Below are positions 28,201 through 41,149 of a stretch of DNA of 64,000 bases, piece after piece. The position numbers were made by a program, and so were the translations under genes. The notes beneath the pieces were generated by a model. The model ran no database searches and was not told where the DNA came from. It saw nothing but the letters and a program-made list of their open reading frames with translations. Origin of the DNA: Cycas panzhihuaensis (lineage: Eukaryota > Plantae > Cycadophyta); contig CM041465.1 of the NCBI GenBank assembly GCA_023213395.1, forward strand, positions 161,951,741 to 162,015,740, in the 5' to 3' direction. Positions within the stretch are counted from its first letter, which is position 1. Each line of letters starts with the position of its first letter.

Positions 28201-29125
28201 TATAGATGACCATGTTGTTACAGGCAACTATAATAAGACTAATATAGCTACAAAGTCCTATTTGGGACACACTTTCAATATGACAGATCTTAAGCCACTT
28301 CATTATTTTTAGGCATTAAGCTCATGTATATAAATGATCAAATTATGATGCTACAGTCAAGGTATATAGAGAACTTGCTTGAGAGATTTAGGATGAAGGA
28401 TTGCAAACTAGCAAAGACACTATACATAAAAGGCACAAAGCTCCTAAAATATATAAATAAGTTTTTTGTAAATGGGATACTATATCAGTAATTAGTAGGG
28501 AGTTTAATTTACTTAACTCATACTAAATGCATGTAGAATCCATAAGAACAACATTGGGTATCCATGAAGAGAATTCTAAAGTATGTTAAGGGAATACTTA
28601 TTCATGGTCTTGAATACCTTTGAGATGAAGAGATAAAATTACATAGGTACACTAATGTAGATTGAGGTGGAGACATTAAAGATATGAAATCAACTAATGC
28701 ATATATTTTTGGTATTGGCAATTGGTTTATATCAAACCATTATTACATTATCTTCTATAGAACCAAAATACTAAGGACTTGATATTGGTGTAAGGGAAAT
28801 AATATGCTTGCAAGGATTTTTGGAGAATCTTATAATATCTTCTAACACACTTATTGTACTTATTGATAACCAGAGCACTATTTAACTTTCAAAAAATCTA
28901 GAATTTCATACACATATGAAGTATATAGAGATCCAGTACCATTACATTAGTGATTAGATCAGGTTAGGAAAGTTATAAGTAGAATTGTATCTAAGTGAAG
29001 AACAACTTGCAGATAATATTCACCAAATCTCTTACTAAAGATCACTTCATAAAGATTCGTGCTAATTTGGGACTTAGCAAAGTTTCTCTTGAGGCAGAGA
29101 TGTATCAACAAGGATAAAGGATAAT
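25224..29125 (+). pseudogene. Copia gag-pol of element E
   Basis: ILDSG protease, PQQNGVIER integrase, HQMDVK and LYIDD reverse transcriptase, RNase H relic; many stops and frameshifts. Confidence 0.92.
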
Positions 29126-31312
29126 GTAACCCTTTTGAAGACCTCTGAACCCCATATTTACATTAAGAGGAGATACTTGTATGGTAGTTTACCCAACTAA
29201 TGTCAAATGTGTGGTGCAAATAATATGGAGAATAATATGGATATTGAGGCCAATATAGGCTAATGTATTATTAATGGATGTATACTTTGAGGATCTATAT
29301 AAAGAGATCTAGAGTCCATTATATGTATCATTAGTCTACATCAATATAATCTATTAATATTCTAGTACTAGGTTTTAGTCGCAAGGTTTTTCATATAAAT
29401 TTGTCATATTGTTAGCTTTCTATATTACAGGCTTATTGTGTACATAAACAATCTATTTTTATCTGTACTAGTCAAACTACTTAAAGTGTTAGGTTTAAAA
29501 GAATGAATATGAAGATAATAAATTAACCCCCAAAAAGGTATGAGACCCACTCAAGTTGGAAAGCACAAGAATTACACTAAGTTGATGCTTAAGCTTGTAA
29601 GTCAAATGAATTTCTTTATCCCCATTAAGTACTTTATCCTCATATATTAGATTGAGAAAGATGCAAAGGTGGCATTGGGGGCTTAACCACTAGTTGCCAT
29701 CAATTGATTCATGAAACCCCTCAACCATATTCTTAGCACATACTAGCCACATTACTTAAGGTTACAAGCTTATGTAAATTTTCACATGCCACTAAAATTT
29801 AGCTTTTAGCACTTTTTCTATGATATTTAGAGCTCATTTATTTATTTTTTTTCTTAAAACCTCATCATAGAGATATGAGAATAAACTTATGGCCTCAATG
29901 TTCCACATGATTTTAAGTGCTTATCTATATGAACATTTTTAGGCTTTATGTTTAAGTAATATAAGCATGATTTATAAGGAAAAAGAAATGTCTTGCACTA
30001 TAGTCATGATAAGTAAGAAAAATTATACCTTAAAGTGTAGAATAAGGCTTATAAAAGTTCTTATCTAATTGTGTGTAAAAATGTAAACATTAATTACCAT
30101 GAAGATTTGTTAATTGATATATTTAATTCAAATTGTTATAAATGCTATTAATGATTACCTATGAATAGATGTTTACAAAAAGAGGTATTTCTATAGAAGG
30201 TTGTTATTAATTGGAAAATAGACTCCTATATGTATTAAATGTTTAGATATATTACCACTAAGTTCTAAATATTTTCTGGCAAGGTGTGTATCAAACAGAA
30301 TAATCAGTTTATTATGATTTTATATGTTTGGTCTTGGTTTTAATGGTTGGGGCATTTATTCCTTAAACATGCAAGCTTCCTTCCTCCATCTCAACTAATT
30401 ATCATATTTTTGAATATAATATTCAAAAGTATAGCTATAGAATCCTTGTGTGATCTAGATGATCACTTGAACAATCTAATCTTAAAATAACAAAAAGTAA
30501 TTTTGAATAACTAAGTCACAATAAAGGAAAGTTATAACTATGGTCCATTAATAGTGTTATAAGAAAGATAGTTATATTATATTTTTTTAATTGACTAATA
30601 ATATATTTAATAGGGTAATCTATAGAATACTCACATTCTTCTAAATAAGCAAACTTTATATTTAAAAAGGGTATGAACTATTACAAAAATTAAAGTACTT
30701 CTATCCTAAACACACTTCCAATATGAATGAAAAAAGATGAAGAGAAATTTGATATGGAAATATATGTAAGCACATACAACTTTGCGAGCATTTTTATTAA
30801 GATTAAAATGGGAAAAGCTTCTTATTATAAAATTGTAAAACTTATAGAAATTATTTCTTTATAGACTAAGCTATGAAAACACTTACTAATTAAAAACAAT
30901 AGCATTCAACTTAACATTAGAATTTTCAAAAAATTGGCCTAAGGGCACTTGTGAAGAAATGGTATTCTTCTTTGAATCAATATTAATAAAGGTAATCACT
31001 ATATGTTTTAAATATATTACACAAAGTGAACATATTTGAAGTGACTCCCACATGACGTATTATAGAAACATATAACTTATGTGGATAAATTGATAAGAAT
31101 CTATAATTTTATTATGTTTTATTATGTATTTTTAAAATATAAAAATAATGTCAATTAGGTTTGAAATGTGTTAATAATTCATAATGCTTTATCCAATCCA
31201 TGCATGGTATGTGATATAAAGCTCACCATCAAGTATTATATATAGACATAATGGGTGAGCTTAGAGGGGGACTATGAAGAGTTAACCTCTTAAGGTGATT
31301 AAGGGCCCTAGA

Positions 31313-34300
31313 TATAAGGACCCAAACCTAAGGTGATCATCATCTGGTACATGCTTCTACTTTCTTATGGTAAATTATTAGTAATTTATGCTTATCCTTT
31401 CCTTTTCATCCCTCTTATCTACTCCATCTTCTTTATTTTTCTTTATAGTTTATATTAATGTAGTTCCTTACATTTTATTTTGTTACTTTTTATTCTATGT
31501 AAGGTGGGAGTCATTCTATGATCCACCAAGTGTGCGGGTATACTACTTTGTTTACTTGTTCATCCTTATGAGGTGGAATTTTGTTCCATACTCCAACATA
31601 TGTTAAGATACACTATCTTCTATTTTTTAAGTGGGTAGTTTATTCATGTTGGTCATGTTATAGGGTGTATTTCATGCTAACACTTTGCTTTGATGTGATA
31701 TTTGTTTCATTGTGATTTGCATTAATATAAAAGACAAATAAATTGCTTCCAAAGGCTACTTTATATAGAGGAGTGAATAACATAAAGGAAGGAAGGAATA
31801 ATAGAGGGGTAAGACTAGTTGTAAGTGTAGTAAACAAGTGCTCAGATCTATAAACATACTTAAGATATTAAATTTAGTTCATAGATACCATTTGAAGAGA
31901 AGGATTCCACTAAGTGAAAGAATAGGCTTCAGACTTTTAAATGAGTCATAGAAGTCCCAAAAAGGACACCAGATGAGAAAGTTATCGCAACTCAAATTTA
32001 TAGGGCTTAAAACCTTATTAGTTATAAATTTGGAAGAAAAAAAAAAATCATTAAGATGATAACTTGGAAGGGATAAAATGTTATCTCAAGTTAGATTTTA
32101 GCCCTAGATAATTATTCCATGATGAAGAGCATGTTGAGAGCTTTCTAATGAGTGGTAAAACTCTAAAATTAAACATCATATAAGATAGTTATAATTGTTT
32201 GAAATTAATTCTTAATTTTAAGATTTTTAAGTTGAGACCTTCATATCAAGATTTTCACATTAAAATCTTCATGTCAAGACTTTTCATGTCAAATTTTCTT
32301 AGTTAAATTTTTTCATGTTAAATTCTCTTTATATCCGTGTCAACCTCATTATAAGGAGTGAAACTCTTAAGAGGAAATAACACTTCACTAAAATTGCTAT
32401 AACTCTCTCAACACTTTGTTGTTTTTTATACTTTAGTTACCAATTTAAAGCTCTTTAAAAGGGATATCCATCCATATAAAAAGATTTTGTTCCTAAAAAG
32501 TATTTAAGATGATATTTTTAGATTTTATATTTAAACATACTAAAATGAATAGAAATAGTTCTTAAACAACCTTCCACTATTTTAATAATATCTCACTCAT
32601 CTAAAGTTAAAATTGAACCATTCAAGTTGCATTGGAATTCTTGTTTAAAAGCACTCGTTTCTATATAATTGAATGTAATTATGCATACCTATAAAGTATT
32701 CCTATTACCCCAAAATATGAAAAATGTAGAGTAGGAGGGTAAAGAGCAGTTGATAAATTCTTATTGTTTCATTCATAACTGTCTTATTAGTTGATGAAAT
32801 TTTTCCAAATTAGTCTTGTTGAAATCATAATAAAAACATCTTGACACTTGAATAATTGGGGGGGTTAAATGGATCTCTATATTATAGTTAAGACTGGAAC
32901 CCATTTTTGGCAACCACTATGTATAATATTCCAGCCATTGATTCCAATAACTTCCACCTAGTATTAATGAAAGTTAGACAAAGAACTAAATGCATGAAAA
33001 AGAAGAACCCAAGGGGGAGTGAGGGGGCACATGCGTAGGGATAGAGGAAAAAACATCAAGTAAATAGAGAAGTACTACAAAGTTTTAGCTGAGTAAAATT
33101 GAGAGAACTTGAGAGGGCATTTGTATAAGTAGATTGATAGATAATAGACTAGTTTTTATGGCAAAAGTTTGGTTTAACTTATGTACTAGTTTATACATTA
33201 TTAGTAATATATCTCAACCTTATAAAAAGGCATGCTTGGTATATTTTAAATCTTGGTGGGTAAGTTGTAATACTAATCTTCTTGGATAGTTATTATTTGG
33301 TGCAATATTTTCCTATGTAGTAGGATATTGAGTTAATTGCTCCCATACACTTTATTATTGGATAGTATTTAACAAGGTAATTGAATGGTTGCTCCTACTT
33401 GTTAGTATATTGAGATAAAGATAGTTGAGTAGTTTCTCCTCCTTGATCATTGGTTTAGTAGGGATTTTGAGTTGGTTTCTCCCCTTGATCTCTTTATATA
33501 CATGTCATTGAGTTAGTTGCTCTACCTATAAGTTATTTAAAAATAAAGGTCTTGATTGGTTGCTCCCCTTGAACTCAATTATGCTCTACAAATTTATGAT
33601 AGGTGCATGGCATAATAAGGAAATCCTTTGAGATTAGAGTTGTAGGGATCCCTAAATAACTTATCATTACTAATTTAGTTAAGATAACAAGCATGGATTA
33701 AGAAGAAATAATTATTATTATATGGGACTAATGATGATGTAAGCAAAGGAATACTTACTTATAGTAGTGGCAACTTTGAGGCAATTTCTTATACTATAGA
33801 GTTTAATATAAAAAGGCCTTGAGGTATCTATTGACAAGGTAACTTGGGAAGGGTTGTATAAAGAGTGGAAATCTAGTATTCCTACACTTATATCATCTGC
33901 TCCAACTCAAGGGCACTTTCTTATGTAAGATTATGGATGGTTGGGAGGTGAGTCCTTTAATTATAATCTAGTTAATTATCTTCAACTCTTATTATATCTC
34001 AAATACTTTATTCTGTGATGTAAGATGTTTTATGTACTATTACTCTCTTATCTGGATATCTAACTTAGCTTATGGAAAATTACTACATGAATACCTAGTT
34101 ATAGTTACTTATAATTCTTACATGATCCTTGGTTATAGCAAAAGAGATCTTACATATGAATGTTAAGCACCTATTAAACTTAGGTTTACATGCATCATTA
34201 GGTTTTTATTCTACTATGTATTACTCTTATCGAAGCCTTAGTAAGTTCAAGATTAGTATATAGTTAGTTTCTAGAATTATTAAAAATTCTCAGTGCATTG

Positions 34301-34357
34301 CCATTGTGCTTTAATCATACCACATGTAAGCTTATTAAGGTAGGTTGGGCCATGACA
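31313..34357 (+). repeat. 5' LTR of the Tekay element
   Basis: Colinear with 62283-64000. Ends gggccatgaca before the PBS. Candidate TATA ccttataaaaagg at about 33218. Confidence 0.9.
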
Positions 34358-34835
34358 ATTAGTATTAGAGCCTAGGTTCAGAAGGCTTCCAAATGCCACC
34401 CTTGTCACAACAGACATAAAGTTAATTAAGTGTTGATAAGATATAACATTACCTACTTATTATCAATTTTTTTAAAACATAATTTAGTAGAATATTAAAT
34501 TAGGACATAAATACAACAAAAATAGATAATAGACATGTTTGGAAGTGACTCTAGACTAGCCTAAGAAGATTATGATGAAGTGAATACTAATGAAATAAAG
34601 ATGGAGGTAGTTCTACAACTAAGAGATGGACCATAAATAGGTATTTTAAGGGCCATGTTAGAGACTCTGTTAGACTTACAAGAACAAATGAGGATTAATA
34701 AAGAAGACAATGAGAGGATCCTAAAGAACCATGAGACTATATTTAATAACATCTAAAGGATGATAGACCAAAAAGGTCTAAAAGAGTTAGGAATATAAGG
34801 AGTAGTGGATAGAGAAGTAGGTCCCAAGAACCCTT

Positions 34836-37742
34836 TATTAAAATATTAATGTACATTTGATTTATCCCACATGCAAGTGGGATTACTCTTTTATCATGAC
34901 TTATATTATAAATACACAATTTTGTGTATCATATTATAATGATGTTTTGTTAATACAATTTAAGGTACTTTAAGGGTACTGTTTGATCCTATGGAGGTGT
35001 TCTATTTTATTTGTCAATATCTTATTACAGGTTCTATTTTCCAACATGGTATTAGAGCGCCCAGGTTGAGAGAGGTATTTTTGTTTGGTATTAGAGCAAT
35101 GATTTGGGAGGTGCCATAACGTTGAAATTTCTAAAAAGTAATAGCAAAATTGAGACGAAATAACTCGTTCTATAAAATTTGAGTGGTCATGCTATAGCTT
35201 TTGGGGTGAAAATATAAAAATTACAGCAAAATTAATTTTGGCCTGCTATTTTTCTGTCACTGTATTTTTGGGACAGATTTGCAACCTCAACTTCAAAGAG
35301 CTATAACTTTAGCTACATATATCCAAATGACCTTAATTTTTTTTTTATTCCATGCATTTTTTAATTTTATTTCTAATGGAAGTGGTTTGAGGTTTATCAG
35401 AGTTTAAAATAAAAAGTTATTAGTAGTTTATCAGAAAGTACTATTACAGCCCCTAGAAACCATAATTGTGAAATTCTTAAAAGGAGCACAACTTTTGATC
35501 TAGATATCAGAATTCAATTTGTCTAAACTATTGGAATCATATTTTAGAGGCCATCATTTTCATCCATATTTTATATATTTTTGAGCTATATTTTTTTTCA
35601 GAAATAAGTTTTTAGGAATTTAAGGGTTTCATATTGATATGGTGACATCAATGATGCAATGGTAATGAAGTGATTGTTTGAGGCTCTCTTACGTATTTTG
35701 TGCATGGGAGAGTATTGTTGCAATATGATATGACATTAAGTCATGTTGATGTGAATATATTTAGCACTCTATTAGTGATTTGAGATGCATGATGGTGATT
35801 GTTTAATGATAGTTTGAGTGCTTTCTTACATGTGTTTATATGAGAGAGCTATTGCGACGATGGCATAGTATGGTAATGAAGCGATAGTACATGTGTTTGT
35901 ATGAATGAGTTGGATGGAATATGACAATTAAGTGCTCTATGGAATGTGATTTACGTGAATGGACTTGATGGGCATAACAAAGCTAATTTGAGGGCAAGAA
36001 AGATAATGACTTGAGTCAATGAGAAGCTTGTTACATGTGTGGTTATATGACAAGATTGGGCAATTATTAGGTGTATTAAGGATGAGATCAAGCATGTTTG
36101 ATGATGTGTTCTAATTGATTGAATGGGCAAAGAAGGATGAGTTTCTTTTGTTGAAGATATGTGAGTTGCAGGGAAGCAAAATTATTGAGTGATGTAATGG
36201 CATGAGTTGTGTTTTGGGCAATCAAGTGAAGTATGTATCCTGGTAGCGACATATGGCATGTATGATCATTATGAGATTTATGAGGCATTGATTTAGTGAA
36301 GTGAGTGTTTGGATTTTATGTGACTATTTGGTATATATGAGATGCGTAAGGCAATGATGTAATGATGAAGTCAGTAATATAAGAGACATGAGACATGAGA
36401 AATTTTGTTGAGATTGATGGGTGAATTTATTGATTGAAAAAGGGACGTAGTATTAAAAAAATGACATTTATAATTATGGAGGATAATAATATAGTTATAT
36501 GTACTCCTGAAATAAATGAATATTACTTAAGGGATTCGTTTCTTCCAGTACCTAAGTGCAATGGTTAAGACTACTTCTTTTGGACAATTAAAATGAGATG
36601 TCTATTCATATTTAGAGGTTTATGGAAGATTGTTACTGATCCCTAATGATGAAGAAGAAAAGGAAATGCTTGAGAAGAAAGATAGGAAAGCATTCATTAT
36701 GATTTGTGCTACATTCAATGATGTTGATCTTCCTTCCAAATTCTATTTTGTTTATCTTATTATTCTACATACAAGTAATGCTAAAGAAGCTTAGGATTTT
36801 CTAAGGGGAGTATTTGAACAAACTCCTGAAGAAACACAATGAATGATTGAAAATGCAATTAAGGTTAGTTATGGTACAGGTACAATGAATGAAGAAAGTA
36901 TCATCAACACTGATGAAACAACATGTCAAGATGAAGAATGTTTGAGTACTGACGAAACTTCTATTATTGAATGCATTGATGAGATTACAGATGAAGATAT
37001 TGAAAATGATGAATTGATTTTAAGAGAAATTGAATCTAATGATCCTATAAAGGATGAGTCTTATATTGATGATGTTCCTTCTTTAAGCACTGATTCAAGT
37101 TCAAAGAGTATGTTAGTTGATCAAGATTCTGCTCCAAAGATTGAAGAAATCATTGTTGTACATGATGATCAAGAGTTATACAGGATAATGATGATACAGA
37201 AGTTGTGATTGAAGATGGTTACTTACAGGATCTTTATCAGACTAGACCAGCCACAATAAAGAATCAGGATTTATACTTACTAGAGCAACTACATCAACAT
37301 CGTCACTATAGAATTGAAGATGAAAATCAAGCTAAAGATATCATCTTACAAAGGCATCAATACAGAATTGAAGATAAAAATCAAGATGAAGACATCATTC
37401 TGTAGCAAAGACATCACTACAAGATTGAAGACAAGAATCAGGTTGAAGACATCATTCTCAAAGCATTTCCAAGGACAAAGATTGTAAATACAAATGACCC
37501 AAATGTACATTAAGGGGGAGTGTTAGAATATTAATGTACATTTGATTTATCCCACATGCAAGTGGGATTACTCTTCCATCATGACTTATATTATAAATAC
37601 ACAATTTTGTGTATCATATTAAAATGATGTTGTAAGGATGTTTTGTTAATACAATTTGAGGTACCTTAAAGTGCAGATTCGATCCTGTGGAGGTGTTCTG
37701 TTTTGTTTGTTAATATCTTGTTGTAGGTTCTATTTTCCAACA
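34836..37742 (+). mobile_element. TR-GAG-like non-autonomous copia-derived element F
   Basis: LTRs at 34836-35046 and 37521-37742, PBS tggtattagagc at 35047, PPT aagggggag, TSD ccctt/ctctt. The only coding relic is a gag N-terminus plus an acidic tail. Confidence 0.93.
36515..37500 (+). pseudogene. Truncated copia Gag fused to an acidic domain and a repeated RNase H C-terminus-like relic
   Basis: DYFFWTIKMRCLFIFRGLWKIV...KDRKA...NAKEA*DFL (copia gag N-terminus) runs in frame into the D/E-rich ORF 36843-37208. After one frameshift come three HxYxIEDxNQxxDIIL repeats. Confidence 0.8.
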
Positions 37743-37747
37743 CTCTT

Positions 37748-39099
37748 TACCTAAGAGCATGAAAATAAAAGAACTAGGAGAAGAATAAAAGACCTCAACA
37801 AAGAGTATTAGCCCTCCATAACTACATCCTCTAATAGAACCCCGGGATCAAGACCAAGACATAGAGAATGAAGAGAAATAAGAGATGTACTCCAATATGA
37901 AATGAGAAAGGTAAAATCTCCTACTTTTAATAAATAAATAAAAAATAAAAGGGAAGTAGAAGCCTAACTCCTAAACATTAAAAAATACATCAATTTGAAT
38001 GATTTTTACTTCAATGAAAAAGTAAAATTAATAATTTATAATTTGAAAGGAGAAGCATCTCTATGGTGGAATCACCATAGAAAAGTAAAAGGTTTCTTAG
38101 AGAAAGACTTGAGATGGAGTAAGTTTATGAAATACTTCAAATAGAAGTATTTATCAAAATAGTCGTATAAAAAAAAGATTAAAGAAATCCATGAATTAAA
38201 ATAAGGAAGGAGGATTGTTGATAAATATAAAAGGGAATTCTTAGAGTTGCTATAATATGCACCTTATATACAAAAGAAAAAGGTAAAGGTGTATAGGCTC
38301 CTTGGTGAGTTGAATGAAGGGATACAAAACTAAATCAAGATACTAAAACCAAAGACTTTGGAGGAGATCATTTGTAAGGTTAGATACAACAAGAAATAAT
38401 GGAGGAGTCTACATGAAAAGCCTACTAGCTAGAAAGGAATGAAACTAATGAAATTAAAATAACAAAGAAGAAATTTTGAACCTTATTAATTTAATCAAGG
38501 AGGCAAAAATCTTAATCCCCCATAAGGTAATATAAGGTCAAACTTACCAGATGTAAACACCTTAGGAAACCAAGTTATAGGAAGTTGTTATATATGCAAT
38601 GAGAGAGGACATTTTACTACATAATGTCCCTAAAGAGCTAGTACAAGTGGAAGATTATATAATATGGAAATGGAGCTTATTATGGTAGATATAGCCAAAG
38701 AAATAGGGAAGATATTTTTGTGAGTAGTAATTAAGTGAAGACAAGCTAACTGACAATTCATGATAATGCAGTTAGAAGGTAAAATTATTGGCCAAGACCT
38801 TACATTATTAATTAACTCTAAGAGTAGACATAGTTTTATACATCCTAAATTCATTAAAAAATGTAAACTTCAAAGGTAAGTTTATACAAAGAAATTGACT
38901 TCTCAAATGGTTAATATTAATTAATAAAAGAAAGGTAATAGGATTTGTATCTTCATATCCTCTTAAGTAGTAAACTTAGCCCACAAAGATCATCTTTTAT
39001 ATTCTTTCATTATGAGACTATGATGTCATTATTGATATAGAATAGATGGAATCACATCATGCCAAAGTCAATTATTATAAGAAGGTAATTGAATGTTTG
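37748..39099 (+). pseudogene. Tekay gag (capsid, CCHC knuckle) and protease fragment
   Basis: RKVKSPTF, YNLKGEASLWW, CYICNERGH, LLINSKSRHSFI (protease-like). Confidence 0.85.
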
Positions 39100-41149
39100 T
39101 GTTAAGTAAGCTCCTAATGTTAGTCAAAGATGAGCATCTGACCACATGGTTAAGGTGGAGAAGGTTAATGTTAATTATTAATTTGTGTGCATGCACCTTG
39201 TATCTCCATTAATAAGATTAAAAGTCGCATGGTCCACCAATAATATGCTAGGAAAAAATGGTCACTTTTGTCTACTTAAAGCCAAACATTTATAAAGAGA
39301 TCTCTTATGTCATAATCTTTTCTTATGAGATTATACTTGTGTACATCTTCTCTTTTGGTGTCCTTTAAGCTTCCTTGTACTCATTCTTATACTTTGGATG
39401 TAATTTGAGCTACTTTAGTGATAAATAAAGATTTGTTAAGCCCTCTTTTTCTTCATAATCTTTTCATTAGTGTGAGAAATTATGGGTTAGGTTTATATCA
39501 AGTGGTATCAGAGTGAGGTGTAAAGATCCAACAAGAACATTTAGTAGTTATAGAAAAAGAAAATTTTATTTCTCTTAATGATTTTTGAAACCCTCCCTTA
39601 CATGTAATTTTTATTTTTAAATTATATTTAGTTTTGTCACTTAACACCAGTTAGTTGCAAGTGAGCAACACATTCTAAATCATAAGTCCCACCTTCCCTT
39701 CCCTTAGAGTCTAAGTAGAGACCATATGTTGGGGGTCTATAAACATTATGGAGATATATCATTTCTAACTAAGCACAATTGGGTATACATTGTTGTGTGA
39801 AGTGAGGTACAGACTATGCAATACCTAGGCCTCAGATAGAACCCAATTATGGACTTGTGCCTCCACATACCCTTAGGAATATAAGAGAATCCTTAGAGGC
39901 TCTCTTACCAACTTTGCATAGGAAGATTGTTGATCAGTGGTCCTTCTATAGTGCACAAGTTTGTGGTTAATGCCTAGAAGCTACCCTACTCAAATACTCC
40001 TACATGGTTATAGACCTTACAAGGATGATTTTTCATCTATAGGTAGTACCCTTAGATATTAAATTGAGATATAGTAATGATAGGGAAGTTTATCGTAGGG
40101 CCTACAGAGCCAAATACTCCTTTATCAGAGTCTGGTAGGTTCCCTTATTAGCTATACAACATTTGTTATACAAACATTCCATAAAATCATCATGAGTCTA
40201 TTGTACTTTTATTAATATAACTAAGAACTCTTACAATTTTTTTACTATGATTTATTATTGAGTTTAAATCAATAAAAGTATGATGTACAAACACCATTGC
40301 ATTTAACAAGTGATCATATGAAAAGGCGATAAGACTATAAAATTAAAGTACTCATTATATTTCTGCAAATTTATACAATTCAACTCTAAAGATCTTTTAG
40401 TATAATCAACATCTAAAAATACATCATTGGAGATCCTATCCAAACATTTAGCACCATTTGCATCCTATTTCATCTACATCATAATCAGTATCTAATTCAC
40501 TCGAGTCTAGTCCATACCAATGTCAATACTCAATCTAATTGAGTTCAATCCCTTAGTTAGTCTGCTTTAAAAAATTTTAAAATTTAAAATTTTTTTAAAA
40601 AATTAAAAAAAAAAAAGGAAAAAAGAAAGAGTCATAACTTTATCAATGCTTCTTGGATTCAAACAAGACCTGCATCATTAGACACATTACAAAAATAAAG
40701 AAAAAGAAAAAAGTCTATAGCCCAAAAAATGACCATAAAAATTTATATATCGTATTTCAATTAGTGTCTCATGCTAACCAATTTTCACTAAGTCATTTTC
40801 AATTGTTAATTTTAAAGAAAACAGAACTACAAGCATCTTGTGGTGCCTACAGGCCTTAATTTTTTGCTTACCACCCACCTATATTATCTTGGCAAATATG
40901 CTTAACTTGTTCAAGTGCACTAGGTGATTTTCTTACTCAAACTTTCTAGTTAATAGTCTATAAACACCCCACAAATCACCCCCTTCTCTCTTCTCTCTCC
41001 TTTTTATGCATTTCCACTTCTTTGACACCCATTCTACTTATCTCTCCCACTTCTTTATTTAATGCTTATTTTACTTATCTCTCCTACTTCTTGCATCCCT
41101 TTCTTCTAACTATATCCCACTTCATTAGGACCACTTCTACCTTTCATCA

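Larger units (their letters stand above)
23464..29466 (+). mobile_element. Ty1/copia element E, same lineage as A, older and more decayed
   Basis: 5' LTR 23464-23774 with a degenerate PBS (cagcatcaaag). PPT aagaggaga, then 3' LTR from 29174, truncated near 29466. gag-pol is colinear with element A (MMELLN...NSIDDA). Confidence 0.92.

Noticed and set aside
31255-31312. PPT-like agagggggac possibly marking another element end
   Set aside because: No partner LTR, PBS or coding relic could be identified in 29467-31312.
33325-33575. CRISPR array
   Set aside because: The repeats are degenerate and irregularly spaced, lie inside a eukaryotic LTR, and have no cas genes nearby.
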